Assembly: GCA_950097015.1 (NCBI GenBank)
Contig: CATNEN010000038.1
Coordinates: 1,860,001-1,924,000, forward strand
Origin: Macrostomum hystrix
Taxonomy: Eukaryota > Animalia > Platyhelminthes
Length of the DNA: 64,000 nt
Direction: 5' to 3'
The notes under the pieces were generated by a model. The model was not told the DNA's origin. It did not search any database and saw nothing but the letters and a program-made list of their open reading frames with translations. Position numbers and translations under genes: made by a program. Every line of letters begins with the position of its first letter. Position 1 is the stretch's first letter. Of this stretch, positions 1-15,000 are shown piece by piece.

Positions 1-3000
1 GACTGAGACGCCGTCGACAGAGTCGAGCCCAACCACAGAAGCTAGCACAGTGACTGAAGAGTCTGCGACCACGACTGAAGGCACGACTTCATCGACGACT
101 GAGACGCCGTCGATAGAGTCGAGCCCAACCACAGAAGCTAGCACAGTGACTGAAGAGTATACGAACACGACGTCTGATGGCACGACTTTATCGACGACTG
201 AGACGCCGTCCACAGAGTCGAGCCCAACCACAGAAGCTAGCACAGTGACTGAAGAGTCTGCGACCACGACGGAAGGCACGACTTCATCGATGACTGAGAC
301 GCCGTCGACAGAGTCGAGCCCAACCACAGAAGCTAGCACAGTGACTGAAGAGTCTGCGACGACGACGTCTAAAGGCACGACTTCATCGACGACTGAGACG
401 CCGTCGACAGAGTCGAGCCCAACCACAGAAGCTAGCACAGTGACTGAAGAGTCTGCGACCACGACTGAAGGCACGACTTCATCGACGACTGAGACGCCGT
501 CGATAGAGTCGAGCCCAACCACAGAAGCTAGCACAGTGACTGAAGAGTATACGAACACGACGTCTGATGGCACGACTTTATCGACGACTGAGACGCCGTC
601 CACAGAGTCGAGCCCAACCACAGAAGCTAGCACAGTGACTGAAGAGTCTGCGACCACGACGGAAGGCACGACTTCATCGATGACTGAGACGCCGTCGACA
701 GAGTCGAGCCCAACCACAGAAGCTAGCACAGTGACTGAAGAGTCTGCGACCACGACGTCTAAAGGCACGACTTCATCGACGACTGAGACGCCGTCGACAG
801 AGTCGAGCCCAACCACAGAAGCTAGCACAGTGACTGAAGAGTCTGCGACCACGACTGAAGGCACGACTTCATCGACGACTGAGACGCCGTCGACAGAGTC
901 GAGCCCAACCACAGAAGCTAGCACAGTTACTGAAGAGTCTGCGACCACGACGGAAGGCACGACTTCATCGACGACTGAGACGCCGTCGATAGAGTCGAGC
1001 CCAACCACAGAAGCTAGCACAGTGACTGAAGAGTCTGCGACCACGACTAAAGGCACGACTTCATCGACGACTGAGACGCCGTCGATAGAGTCGAGCCCAA
1101 CCACAGAAGCTAGCACAGTGACTGAAGAGTATACGAACACGACGTCTGATGGCACGACTTTATCGACGACTGAGACGCCGTCCACAGAGTCGAGCCCAAC
1201 CACAGAAGCTAGCACAGTGACTGAAGAGTCTGCGACCACGACTGAAGGCACGACTTCATCGATGACTGAGACGCCGTCGACAGATTCGAGCCCAACCACA
1301 GAAGCTAGCACAGTGACTGAAGAGTCTGCGACGACGACGTCTAAAGGCACGACTTCATCGACGACTGAGACGCCGTCGACAGAGTCGAGCCCAACCACAG
1401 AAGCTAGCACAGTGACTGAAGAGTCTGCGACCACGACTGAAGGCACGACTTCATCGACGACTGAGACGCCGTCGACAGAGTCGAGCCCAACCACAGAAGC
1501 TAGCACAGTGACTGAAGAGTCTGCGACCACGACTGAAGGCACGACTTCATCGACGACTGAGACGCCGTCGACAGAGTCGAGCCCAACCACAGAAGCTAGC
1601 ACAGTGACTGAAGAGTCTGCGACCACGACATCTGACGGCACGACTTCATCGACGACTGAGACGCCGTCGACAGAGTCGAGCCCAACCACAGAAGCTAGCA
1701 CAGTGACTGAAGAGTCTGCGACCACGACTGAAGGCACGACTTCATCGACGACTGAGACGCCGTCGACAGAGTCGAGCCCAACCACAGAAGCTAGCACAGT
1801 GACTGAAGAGTCTGCGACCACGACGTCTAAAGGCACGACTTCATCGACGACTGAGACGCCGTCGACAGAGTCGAGCCCAACCACTGAAGCTAGCACAGTG
1901 ACTGAAGAGTCTGCGACCACGACTGAAGGCACGACTTCATCGACGACTGAGACGCCGTCGACAGAGTCGAGCCCAACCACAGAAGCTAGCACAGTGACTG
2001 AAGAGTCTGCGACCACGACGGAAGGCACGACTTCATCGACGACTGAGACGCCGTCGATAGAGTCGAGCCCAACCACTGAAGCTAGCACAGTGACTGAAGA
2101 GTCTGCGACCACGACTGAAGGCACGACTTCATCGACGACTGAGACGCCGTCGACAGAGTCGAGCCCAACCACAGAAGCTAGCACAGTGACTGAAGAGTCT
2201 GCGACCACGACGGAAGGCACGACTTTATCGACGACTGAGACGCCGTCGATAGAGTCGAGCCCAACCACTGAAGCTAGCACAGTGACTAAAGAGTCTGCGA
2301 CCACGACTGAAGGCACGACTTTATCGACGACTGAGACGCCGTCGACAGAGTCGAGCCCAACCACAGAAGCTAGCACAGTGACTGAAGAGTCTGCGACCAC
2401 GACGGAAGGCACGACTTCATCGACGACTGAGACGCCGTCGACAGAGTCGAGCCCAACCACAGAAGCTAGCACAGTGACTGAAGAGTCTGCGACCACGACT
2501 GAAGGCACGACTTCATCGACGACTGAGACGCCGTCGACAGAGTCGAGCCCAACCACAGAAGCTAGCACAGTGACTGAAGAGTCTGCGACCACGACGTCTA
2601 AAGGCACGACTTCATCGACGACTGAGACGCCGTCGACAGAGTCGAGCCCAACCACAGAAGCTAGCACAGTGACTGAAGAGTCTGCGACCACGACTGAAGG
2701 CACGACTTTATCGACGACTGAGACGCCGTCGACAGAGTCGAGCCCAACCACAGAAGCTAGCACAGTGACTGAAGAGTCTGCGACCACGACTGAAGGCACG
2801 ACTTCATCGACGACTGAGACGCCGTCGACAGAGTCGAGCCCAACCACAGAAGCTAGCACAGTGACTGAAGAGTCTGCGACCACGACGGAAGGCACGACTT
2901 TATCGACGACTGAGACGCCGTCCACAGAGTCGAGCCCAACCACTGAAGCTAGCACAGTGACTGAAGAGTCTGCGACCACGACTGAAGGCACGACTTTATC

Positions 3001-6000
3001 GACGACTGAGACGCCGTCGACAGAGTCGAGCCCAACCACAGAAGCTAGCACAGTGACTGAAGAGTCTGCGACCACGACTGAAGGCACGACTTCATCGACG
3101 ACTGAGACGCCGTCGATAGAGTCGAGCCCAACCACAGAAGCTAGCACAGTGACTGAAGAGTATACGAACACGACGTCTGATGGCACGACTTTATCGACGA
3201 CTGAGACGCCGTCCACAGAGTCGAGCCCAACCACAGAAGCTAGCACAGTGACTGAAGAGTCTGCGACCACGACGGAAGGCACGACTTCATCGATGACTGA
3301 GACGCCGTCGACAGAGTCGAGCCCAACCACAGAAGCTAGCACAGTGACTGAAGAGTCTGCGACCACGACGTCTAAAGGCACGACTTCATCGACGACTGAG
3401 ACGCCGTCGACAGAGTCGAGCCCAACCACAGAAGCTAGCACAGTGACTGAAGAGTCTGCGACCACGACTGAAGGCACGACTTCATCGACGACTGAGACGC
3501 CGTCGATAGAGTCGAGCCCAACCACAGAAGCTAGCACAGTGACTGAAGAGTATACGAACACGACGTCTGATGGCACGACTTTATCGACGACTGAGACGCC
3601 GTCCACAGAGTCGAGCCCAACCACAGAAGCTAGCACAGTGACTGAAGAGTCTGCGACCACGACGGAAGGCACGACTTCATCGATGACTGAGACGCCGTCG
3701 ACAGAGTCGAGCCCAACCACAGAAGCTAGCACAGTGACTGAAGAGTCTGCGACCACGACGTCTAAAGGCACGACTTCATCGACGACTGAGACGCCGTCGA
3801 CAGAGTCGAGCCCAACCACAGAAGCTAGCACAGTGACTGAAGAGTCTGCGACCACGACTGAAGGCACGACTTCATCGACGACTGAGACGCCGTCGACAGA
3901 GTCGAGCCCAACCACAGAAGCTAGCACAGTTACTGAAGAGTCTGCGGCCACGACGGAAGGCACGACTTCATCGACGACTGAGACGCCGTCGATAGAGTCG
4001 AGCCCAACCACAGAAGCTAGCACAGTGACTGAAGAGTCTGCGACCACGACTAAAGGCACGACTTCATCGACGACTGAGACGCCGTCGATAGAGTCGAGCC
4101 CAACCACAGAAGCTAGCACAGTGACTGAAGAGTATACGAACACGACGTCTGATGGCACGACTTTATCGACGACTGAGACGCCGTCCACAGAGTCGAGCCC
4201 AACCACAGAAGCTAGCACAGTGACTGAAGAGTCTGCGACCACGACTGAAGGCACGACTTCATCGATGACTGAGAAGCCGTCGACAGATTCGAGCCCAACC
4301 ACAGAAGCTAGCACAGTGACTGAAGAGTCTGCGACGACGACGTCTAAAGGCACGACTTCATCGACGACTGAGACGCCGTCGACAGAGTCGAGCCCAACCA
4401 CAGAAGCTAGCACAGTGACTGAAGAGTCTGCGACCACGACTGAAGGCACGACTTCATCGACGACTGAGACGCCGTCGACAGAGTCGAGCCCAACCACAGA
4501 AGCTAGCACAGTGACTGAAGAGTCTGCGACCACGACGGAAGGCACGACTTCATCGACGACTGAGACGCCGTCGACAGAGTCGAGCCCAACCACAGAAGCT
4601 AGCACAGTGACTGAAGAGTCTGCGACCACGACTGAAGGCACGACTTCATCGACGACTGAGACGCCGTCGACAGAGTCGAGCCCAACCACAGAGGCTAGCA
4701 CAGTTACTGAAGAGTCTGCGACCACGACGGAAGACACGACTTCATCGACGACTGAGACGCCGTGGATAGAGTCGAGCCCAACCACAGAAGCTAGCACAGT
4801 GACTGAAGAGTCTGCGACCACGACTGAAGGCACGACTTCATCGACGACTGAGACGCCGTCGATAGAGTCGAGCCCAACCACTGAAGCTAGCACAGTGACT
4901 GAAGAGTCTGCGACCACGACGTCTGATGGCACGACATCATCGACGACTGAGACGCCGTCGACTGAGTCGAGCCCAACCACAGAAGCTAGCACAGTGACTG
5001 AAGAGTCTGCGACCACGACTGAAGGCACGACTTTATCGACGACTGAGACGCCGTCGACAGAGTCGAGCCCAACCACAGAAGCTAGCACAGTGACTGAAGA
5101 GTCTGCGACCACGACTGAAGGCACGACTTCATCGACGACTGAGACGCCGTCGATAGAGTCGAGCCCAACCACTGAAGCTAGCACAGTGACTGAAGAGTCT
5201 GCGACCACGACTGAAGGCACGACTTCATCGACGACTGAGACGCCGTCGATAGAGTCGAGCCCAACCACTGAAGCTAGCACAGTGACTGAAGAGTCTGCGA
5301 CCACGACGTCTGATGGCACGACTTTATCGACGACTGAGACGCCGTCGACAGAGTCGAGCCCAACCACAGAAGCTAGCACAGTGACTGAAGAGTCTGCGAC
5401 CACGACTGAAGGCACGACTTCATCGACGACTGAGACGCCGTCGACAGAGTCGAGCCCAACCACAGAAGCTAGCACAGTTACTGAAGAGTCTGCGACCACG
5501 ACGGAAGGCACGACTTCATCGACGACTGAGACGCCGTCGATAGAGTCGAGCCCAACCACAGAAGCTAGCACAGTGACTGAAGAGTCTGCGACCACGACTG
5601 AAGGCACGACTTCATCGACGACTGAGACGCCGTCGATAGAGTCGAGCCCAACCACTGAAGCTAGCACAGTGACTGAAGAGTCTGCGACCACGACGTCTGA
5701 TGGCACGACTTCATCGACGACTGAGACGCCGTCGACAGAGTCGAGCCCAACCACAGAAGCTAGCACAGTGACTGAAGAGTCTGCGACCACGACTGAAGGC
5801 ACGACTTTATCGACGACTGAGACGCCGTCCACAGAGTCGAGCCCAACCACTGAAGCTAGCACAGTGACTGAAGAGTCTGCGACCACGACTGAAGGCACGA
5901 CTTCATCGACGACTGAGACGCCGTCGACAGAGTCGAGCCCAACCACAGAAGCTAGCACAGTGACTGAAGAGTCTGCGACCACGACTGAAGGCACGACTTT

Positions 6001-9000
6001 ATCGACGACTGAGACGCCGTCGACAGAGTCGAGCCCAACCACAGAAGCTAGCACAGTGACTGAAGAGTCTGCGACCACGACGTCTAAAGGCACGACTTCA
6101 TCGACGACTGAGACGCCGTCGACAGAGTCGAGCCCAACCACAGAAGCTAGCACAGTGACTGAAGAGTCTGCGACCACGACTGAAGGCACGACTTCATCGA
6201 CGACTGAGACGCCGTCGACAGAGTCGAGCCCAACCACAGAAGCTAGCACAGTTACTGAAGAGTCTGCGGCCACGACGGAAGGCACGACTTCATCGACGAC
6301 TGAGACGCCGTCGATAGAGTCGAGCCCAACCACAGAAGCTAGCACAGTGACTGAAGAGTCTGCGACCACGACTAAAGGCACGACTTCATCGACGACTGAG
6401 ACGCCGTCGATAGAGTCGAGCCCAACCACAGAAGCTAGCACAGTGACTGAAGAGTATACGAACACGACGTCTGATGGCACGACTTTATCGACGACTGAGA
6501 CGCCGTCCACAGAGTCGAGCCCAACCACAGAAGCTAGCACAGTGACTGAAGAGTCTGCGACCACGACTGAAGGCACGACTTCATCGATGACTGAGAAGCC
6601 GTCGACAGATTCGAGCCCAACCACAGAAGCTAGCACAGTGACTGAAGAGTCTGCGACGACGACGTCTAAAGGCACGACTTCATCGACGACTGAGACGCCG
6701 TCGACAGAGTCGAGCCCAACCACAGAAGCTAGCACAGTGACTGAAGAGTCTGCGACCACGACTGAAGGCACGACTTCATCGACGACTGAGACGCCGTCGA
6801 CAGAGTCGAGCCCAACCACAGAAGCTAGCACAGTGACTGAAGAGTCTGCGACCACGACGGAAGGCACGACTTCATCGACGACTGAGACGCCGTCGACAGA
6901 GTCGAGCCCAACCACAGAAGCTAGCACAGTGACTGAAGAGTCTGCGACCACGACTGAAGGCACGACTTCATCGACGACTGAGACGCCGTCGACAGAGTCG
7001 AGCCCAACCACAGAAGCTAGCACAGTTACTGAAGAGTCTGCGACCACGACGGAAGACACGACTTCATCGACGACTGAGACGCCGTGGATAGAGTCGAGCC
7101 CAACCACAGAAGCTAGCACAGTGACTGAAGAGTCTGCGACCACGACTGAAGGCACGACTTCATCGACGACTGAGACGCCGTCGATAGAGTCGAGCCCAAC
7201 CACTGAAGCTAGCACAGTGACTGAAGAGTCTGCGACCACGACGTCTGATGGCACGACATCATCGACGACTGAGACGCCGTCGACTGAGTCGAGCCCAACC
7301 ACAGAAGCTAGCACAGTGACTGAAGAGTCTGCGACCACGACTGAAGGCACGACTTTATCGACGACTGAGACGCCGTCGACAGAGTCGAGCCCAACCACAG
7401 AAGCTAGCACAGTGACTGAAGAGTCTGCGACCACGACTGAAGGCACGACTTCATCGACGACTGAGACGCCGTCGATAGAGTCGAGCCCAACCACTGAAGC
7501 TAGCACAGTGACTGAAGAGTCTGCGACCACGACTGAAGGCACGACTTCATCGACGACTGAGACGCCGTCGATAGAGTCGAGCCCAACCACTGAAGCTAGC
7601 ACAGTGACTGAAGAGTCTGCGACCACGACGTCTGATGGCACGACTTTATCGACGACTGAGACGCCGTCGACAGAGTCGAGCCCAACCACAGAAGCTAGCA
7701 CAGTGACTGAAGAGTCTGCGACCACGACTGAAGGCACGACTTCATCGACGACTGAGACGCCGTCGACAGAGTCGAGCCCAACCACAGAAGCTAGCACAGT
7801 TACTGAAGAGTCTGCGACCACGACGGAAGGCACGACTTCATCGACGACTGAGACGCCGTCGATAGAGTCGAGCCCAACCACAGAAGCTAGCACAGTGACT
7901 GAAGAGTCTGCGACCACGACTGAAGGCACGACTTCATCGACGACTGAGACGCCGTCGATAGAGTCGAGCCCAACCACTGAAGCTAGCACAGTGACTGAAG
8001 AGTCTGCGACCACGACGTCTGATGGCACGACTTCATCGACGACTGAGACGCCGTCGACAGAGTCGAGCCCAACCACAGAAGCTAGCACAGTGACTGAAGA
8101 GTCTGCGACCACGACTGAAGGCACGACTTTATCGACGACTGAGACGCCGTCCACAGAGTCGAGCCCAACCACTGAAGCTAGCACAGTGACTGAAGAGTCT
8201 GCGACCACGACTGAAGGCACGACTTCATCGACGACTGAGACGCCGTCGACAGAGTCGAGCCCAACCACAGAAGCTAGCACAGTGACTGAAGAGTCTGCGA
8301 CCACGACTGAAGGCACGACTTTATCGACGACTGAGACGCCGTCGACAGAGTCGAGCCCAACCACAGAAGCTAGCACAGTGACTGAAGAGTCTGCGACCAC
8401 GACTGAAGGCACGACTTCATCGACGACTGAGACGCCGTCGACAGAGTCGAGCCCAACCACAGAAGCTAGCACAGTGACTGAAGAGTCTACGAACACGACG
8501 TCTGACGGCACGACTTTATCGATGACTGAGACGCCGTCGATAGAGTCGAGCCCAACCACTGAAGCTAGCACAGTGACTGAAGAGTCTGCGACCACGACGT
8601 CTGAAGGCACGACTTCATCGACGACTGAGACGCCGTCGATAGAGTCGAGCCCAACAACAGAAGCTAGCACAGTGACTGAAGTGTCTACGAACACGACGTC
8701 TGACAGCACGACTTTATCGACGACTGAGACGCCGTCCACAGAGTCGAGCCCAACCACTGAAGCTAGCACAGTGACTGAAGAGTCTGCGACCACGACTGAA
8801 GGCACGACTTCATCGACGACTGAGACGCCGTCGATAGAGTCGAGCCCAACCACTGAAGCTAGCACAGTGACTGAAGAGTCTGCGACCACGACGTCTGATG
8901 GCACGACTTCATCGACGACTGAGACGCCGTCGACAGAGTCGAGCCCAACCACAGAAGCTAGCACAGTGACTGAAGAGTCTGCGACCACGACTGAAGGCAC

Positions 9001-12000
9001 GACTTCATCGACGACTGAGACGCCGTCGACAGAGTCGAGCCCAACCACAGAAGCTAGCACAGTTACTGAAGAGTCTGCGACCACGACGGAAGGCACGACT
9101 TCATCGACGACTGAGACGCCGTCGATAGAGTCGAGCCCAACCACAGAAGCTAGCACAGTGACTGAAGAGTCTGCGACCACGACTGAAGGCACGACTTCAT
9201 CGACGACTGAGACGCCGTCGATAGAGTCGAGCCCAACCACTGAAACTAGCACAGTGACTGAAGAGTCTGCGACCACGACGTCTGATGGCACGACTTCATC
9301 GACGACTGAGACGCCGTCGACAGAGTCGAGCCCAACCACAGAAGCTAGCACAGTGACTGAAGAGTCTGCCACCACGACTGAAGGCACGACTTCATCGACG
9401 ACTGAGACGCCGTCGACAGAGTCGAGCCCAACCACAGAAGCTAGCACAGTTACTGAAGAGTCTGCGACCACGACGGAAGGCACGACTTCATCGACGACTG
9501 AGACGCCGTCGATAGAGTCGAGCCCAACCACAGAAGCTAGCACAGTGACTGAAGAGTCTGCGACCACGACTGAAGGCACGACTTCATCGACGACTGAGAC
9601 GCCGTCGATAGAGTCGAGCCCGACCACTGAAGCTAGCACAGTGACTGAAGAGAATACGAACACGACGTCTGATGGCACGACTTTATCGACGACTGAGACG
9701 CCGTCCACAGAGTCGAGCCCAACCACAGAAGCTAGCACAGTGACTGAAGAGTCTGCGACCACGACGGAAGGCACGACTTCATCGATGACTGAGACGCCGT
9801 CGACAGAGTCGAGCCCAACCACAGAAGCTAGCACAGTGACTGAAGAGTCTGCGACCACGACGTCTAAAGGCACGACTTCATCGACGACTGAGACGCCGTC
9901 GACAGAGTCGAGCCCAACCACAGAAGCTAGCACAGTGACTGAAGAGTCTGCGACCACGACTGAAGGCACGACTTCATCGACGACTGAGACGCCGTCGACA
10001 GAGTCGAGCCCAACCACAGAAGCTAGCACAGTTACTGAAGAGTCTGCGACCACGACGGAAGGCACGACTTCATCGACGACTGAGACGCCGTCGATAGAGT
10101 CGAGCCCAACCACAGAAGCTAGCACAGTGACTGAAGAGTCTGCGACCACGACTAAAGGCACGACTTCATCGACGACTGAGACGCCGTCGATAGAGTCGAG
10201 CCCAACCACAGAAGCTAGCACAGTGACTGAAGAGTATACGAACACGACGTCTGATGGCACGACTTTATCGACGACTGAGACGCCGTCCACAGAGTCGAGC
10301 CCAACCACAGAAGCTAGCACAGTGACTGAAGAGTCTGCGACCACGACTGAAGGCACGACTTCATCGATGACTGAGACGCCGTCGACAGATTCGAGCCCAA
10401 CCACAGAAGCTAGCACAGTGACTGAAGAGTATACGAACACGACGTCTGATGGCACGACTTTATCGACGACTGAGACGCCGTCCACAGAGTCGAGCCCAAC
10501 CACAGAAGCTAGCACAGTGACTGAAGAGTCTGCGACCACGACTGAAGGCACGACTTCATCGACGACTGAGACGCCGTCGATAGAGTCGAGCCCAACCACT
10601 GAAGCTAGCACAGTGACTGAAGAGTCTGCGACCACGACGTCTGATGGCACGACTTCATCGACGACTGAGACGCCGTCGACAGAGTCGAGCCCAACCACAG
10701 AAGCTAGCACAGTGACTGAAGAGTCTGCGACCACGACTGAAGGCACGACTTTATCGACGACTGAGACGCCGTCCACAGAGTCGAGCCCAACCACTGAAGC
10801 TAGCACAGTGACTGAAGAGTCTGCGACCACGACTGAAGGCACGACTTCATCGACGACTGAGACGCCGTCGACAGAGTCGAGCCCAACCACAGAAGCTAGC
10901 ACAGTGACTGAAGAGTCTGCGACCACGACTGAAGGCACGACTTTATCGACGACTGAGACGCCGTCGACAGAGTCGAGCCCAACCACAGAAGCTAGCACAG
11001 TGACTGAAGAGTCTGCGACCACGACTGAAGGCACGACTTCATCGACGACTGAGACGCCGTCGACAGAGTCGAGCCCAACCACAGAAGCTAGCACAGTGAC
11101 TGAAGAGTCTACGAACACGACGTCTGACGGCACGACTTTATCGATGACTGAGACGCCGTCGATAGAGTCGAGCCCAACCACTGAAGCTAGCACAGTGACT
11201 GAAGAGTCTGCGACCACGACGTCTGAAGGCACGACTTCATCGACGACTGAGACGCCGTCGATAGAGTCGAGCCCAACAACAGAAGCTAGCACAGTGACTG
11301 AAGTGTCTACGAACACGACGTCTGACAGCACGACTTTATCGACGACTGAGACGCCGTCCACAGAGTCGAGCCCAACCACTGAAGCTAGCACAGTGACTGA
11401 AGAGTCTGCGACCACGACTGAAGGCACGACTTCATCGACGACTGAGACGCCGTCGACAGAGTCGAGCCCAACCACAGAAGCTAGCACAGTGACTGAAGAG
11501 TCTGCGACCACGACGGAAGGCACGACTTCATCGACGACTGAGACGCCGTCGATAGAGTCGAGCCCAACCACAGAAGCTAGCACAGTGACTGAAGAGTCTG
11601 CGACCACGACTGAAGGCACGACTTCATCGACGACTGAGACGCCGTCGATAGAGTCGAGCCCAACCACTGAAACTAGCACAGTGACTGAAGAGTCTGCGAC
11701 CACGACGTCTGATGGCACGACTTCATCGACGACTGAGACGCCGTCGACAGAGTCGAGCCCAACCACAGAAGCTAGCACAGTGACTGAAAAGTCTGCCACC
11801 ACGACTGAAGGCACGACTTCATCGACGACTGAGACGCCGTCGACAGAGTCGAGCCCAACCACAGAAGCTAGCACAGTTACTGAAGAGTCTGCGACCACGA
11901 CGGAAGGCACGACTTCATCGACGACTGAGACGCCGTCGATAGAGTCGAGCCCAACCACAGAAGCTAGCACAGTGACTGAAGAGTCTGCGACCACGACTGA

Positions 12001-15000
12001 AGGCACGACTTCATCGACGACTGAGACGCCGTCGATAGAGTCGAGCCCGACCACTGAAGCTAGCACAGTGACTGAAGAGTATACGAACACGACGTCTGAT
12101 GGCACGACTTTATCGACGACTGAGACGCCGTCCACAGAGTCGAGCCCAACCACAGAAGCTAGCACAGTGACTGAAGAGTCTGCGACCACGACGGAAGGCA
12201 CGACTTCATCGATGACTGAGACGCCGTCGACAGAGTCGAGCCCAACCACAGAAGCTAGCACAGTGACTGAAGAGTCTGCGACCACGACGTCTAAAGGCAC
12301 GACTTCATCGACGACTGAGACGCCGTCGACAGAGTCGAGCCCAACCACAGAAGCTAGCACAGTGACTGAAGAGTCTGCGACCACGACTGAAGGCACGACT
12401 TCATCGACGACTGAGACGCCGTCGACAGAGTCGAGCCCAACCACAGAAGCTAGCACAGTTACTGAAGAGTCTGCGACCACGACGGAAGGCACGACTTCAT
12501 CGACGACTGAGACGCCGTCGATAGAGTCGAGCCCAACCACAGAAGCTAGCACAGTGACTGAAGAGTCTGCGACCACGACTAAAGGCACGACTTCATCGAC
12601 GACTGAGACGCCGTCGATAGAGTCGAGCCCAACCACAGAAGCTAGCACAGTGACTGAAGAGTATACGAACACGACGTCTGATGGCACGACTTTATCGACG
12701 ACTGAGACGCCGTCCACAGAGTCGAGCCCAACCACAGAAGCTAGCACAGTGACTGAAGAGTCTGCGACCACGACTGAAGGCACGACTTCATCGATGACTG
12801 AGACGCCGTCGACAGATTCGAGCCCAACCACAGAAGCTAGCACAGTGACTGAAGAGTATACGAACACGACGTCTGATGGCACGACTTTATCGACGACTGA
12901 GACGCCGTCCACAGAGTCGAGCCCAACCACAGAAGCTAGCACAGTGACTGAAGAGTCTGCGACCACGACTGAAGGCACGACTTCATCGACGACTGAGACG
13001 CCGTCGATAGAGTCGAGCCCAACCACTGAAGCTAGCACAGTGACTGAAGAGTCTGCGACCACGACGTCTGATGGCACGACTTCATCGACGACTGAGACGC
13101 CGTCGACAGAGTCGAGCCCAACCACAGAAGCTAGCACAGTGACTGAAGAGTCTGCGACCACGACTGAAGGCACGACTTTATCGACGACTGAGACGCCGTC
13201 CACAGAGTCAAGCCCAACCACTGAAGCTAGCACAGTGACTGAAGAGTCTGCGACCACGACTGAAGGCACGACTTCATCGACGACTGAGACGCCGTCGACA
13301 GAGTCGAGCCCAACCACAGAAGCTAGCACAGTGACTGAAGAGTCTGCGACCACGACTGAAGGCACGACTTTATCGACGACTGAGACGCCGTCGACAGAGT
13401 CGAGCCCAACCACAGAAGCTAGCACAGTGACTGAAGAGTCTGCGACCACGACTGAAGGCACGACTTCATCGACGACTGAGACGCCGTCGACAGAGTCGAG
13501 CCCAACCACAGAAGCTAGCACAGTGACTGAAGAGTCTACGAACATGACGTCTGACGGCACGACTTTATCGATGACTGAGACGCCGTCGATAGAGTCGAGC
13601 CCAACCACTGAAGCTAGCACAGTGACTGAAGAGTCTGCGACCACGACGTCTGAAGGCACGACTTCATCGACGACTGAGACGCCGTCGATAGAGTCGAGCC
13701 CAACAACAGAAGCTAGCACAGTGACTGAAGTGTCTACGAACACGACGTCTGACAGCACGACTTTATCGACGACTGAGACGCCGTCCACAGAGTCGAGCCC
13801 AACCACTGAAGCTAGCACAGTGACTGAAGAGTCTGCGACCACGACTGAAGGCACGACTTCATCGACGACTGAGACGCCGTCGATAGAGTCGAGCCCAACC
13901 ACTGAAGCTAGCACAGTGACTGAAGAGTCTGCGACCACGACGTCTGATGGCACGACTTCATCGACGACTGAGACGCCGTCGACAGAGTCGAGCCCAACCA
14001 CAGAAGCTAGCACAGTGACTGAAGAGTCTGCGACCACGACTGAAGGCACGACTTCATCGACGACTGAGACGCCGTCGACAGAGTCGAGCCCAACCACAGA
14101 AGCTAGCACAGTTACTGAAGAGTCTGCGACCACGACGGAAGGCACGACTTCATCGACGACTGAGACGCCGTCGATAGAGTCGAGCCCAACCACAGAAGCT
14201 AGCACAGTGACTGAAGAGTCTGCGACCACGACTGAAGGCACGACTTCATCGACGACTGAGACGCCGTCGATAGAGTCGAGCCCAACCACTGAAACTAGCA
14301 CAGTGACTGAAGAGTCTGCGACCACGACGTCTGATGGCACGACTTCATCGACGACTGAGACGCCGTCGACAGAGTCGAGCCCAACCACAGAAGCTAGCAC
14401 AGTGACTGAAGAGTCTGCCACCACGACTGAAGGCACGACTTCATCGACGACTGAGACGCCGTCGACAGAGTCGAGCCCAACCACAGAAGCTAGCACAGTT
14501 ACTGAAGAGTCTGCGACCACGACGGAAGGCACGACTTCATCGACGACTGAGACGCCGTCGATAGAGTCGAGCCCAACCACAGAAGCTAGCACAGTGACTG
14601 AAGAGTCTGCGACCACGACTGAAGGCACGACTTCATCGACGACTGAGACGCCGTCGATAGAGTCGAGCCCGACCACTGAAGCTAGCACAGTGACTGAAGA
14701 GTCTGCGACCACGACGTCTGATGGCACGACTTCATCGACGACTGAGACGCCGTCGATGGAGTCGAGCCCAACCACAGAAGCTAGCACAGTGACTGAAGAG
14801 TCTGCGACCACGACTGAAGGCACGACTTTATCGACGACTGAGACGCCGTCCACAGAGTCGAGCCCAACTACTGAAGCTAGCACAGTGACTGAAGAGTCTG
14901 CGACCACGACTGAAGGCACGACTTCATCGACGACTGAGACGCCGTCGACAGAGTCGAGCCCAACCACAGAAGCTAGCACAGTGACTGAAGAGTCTGCGAC

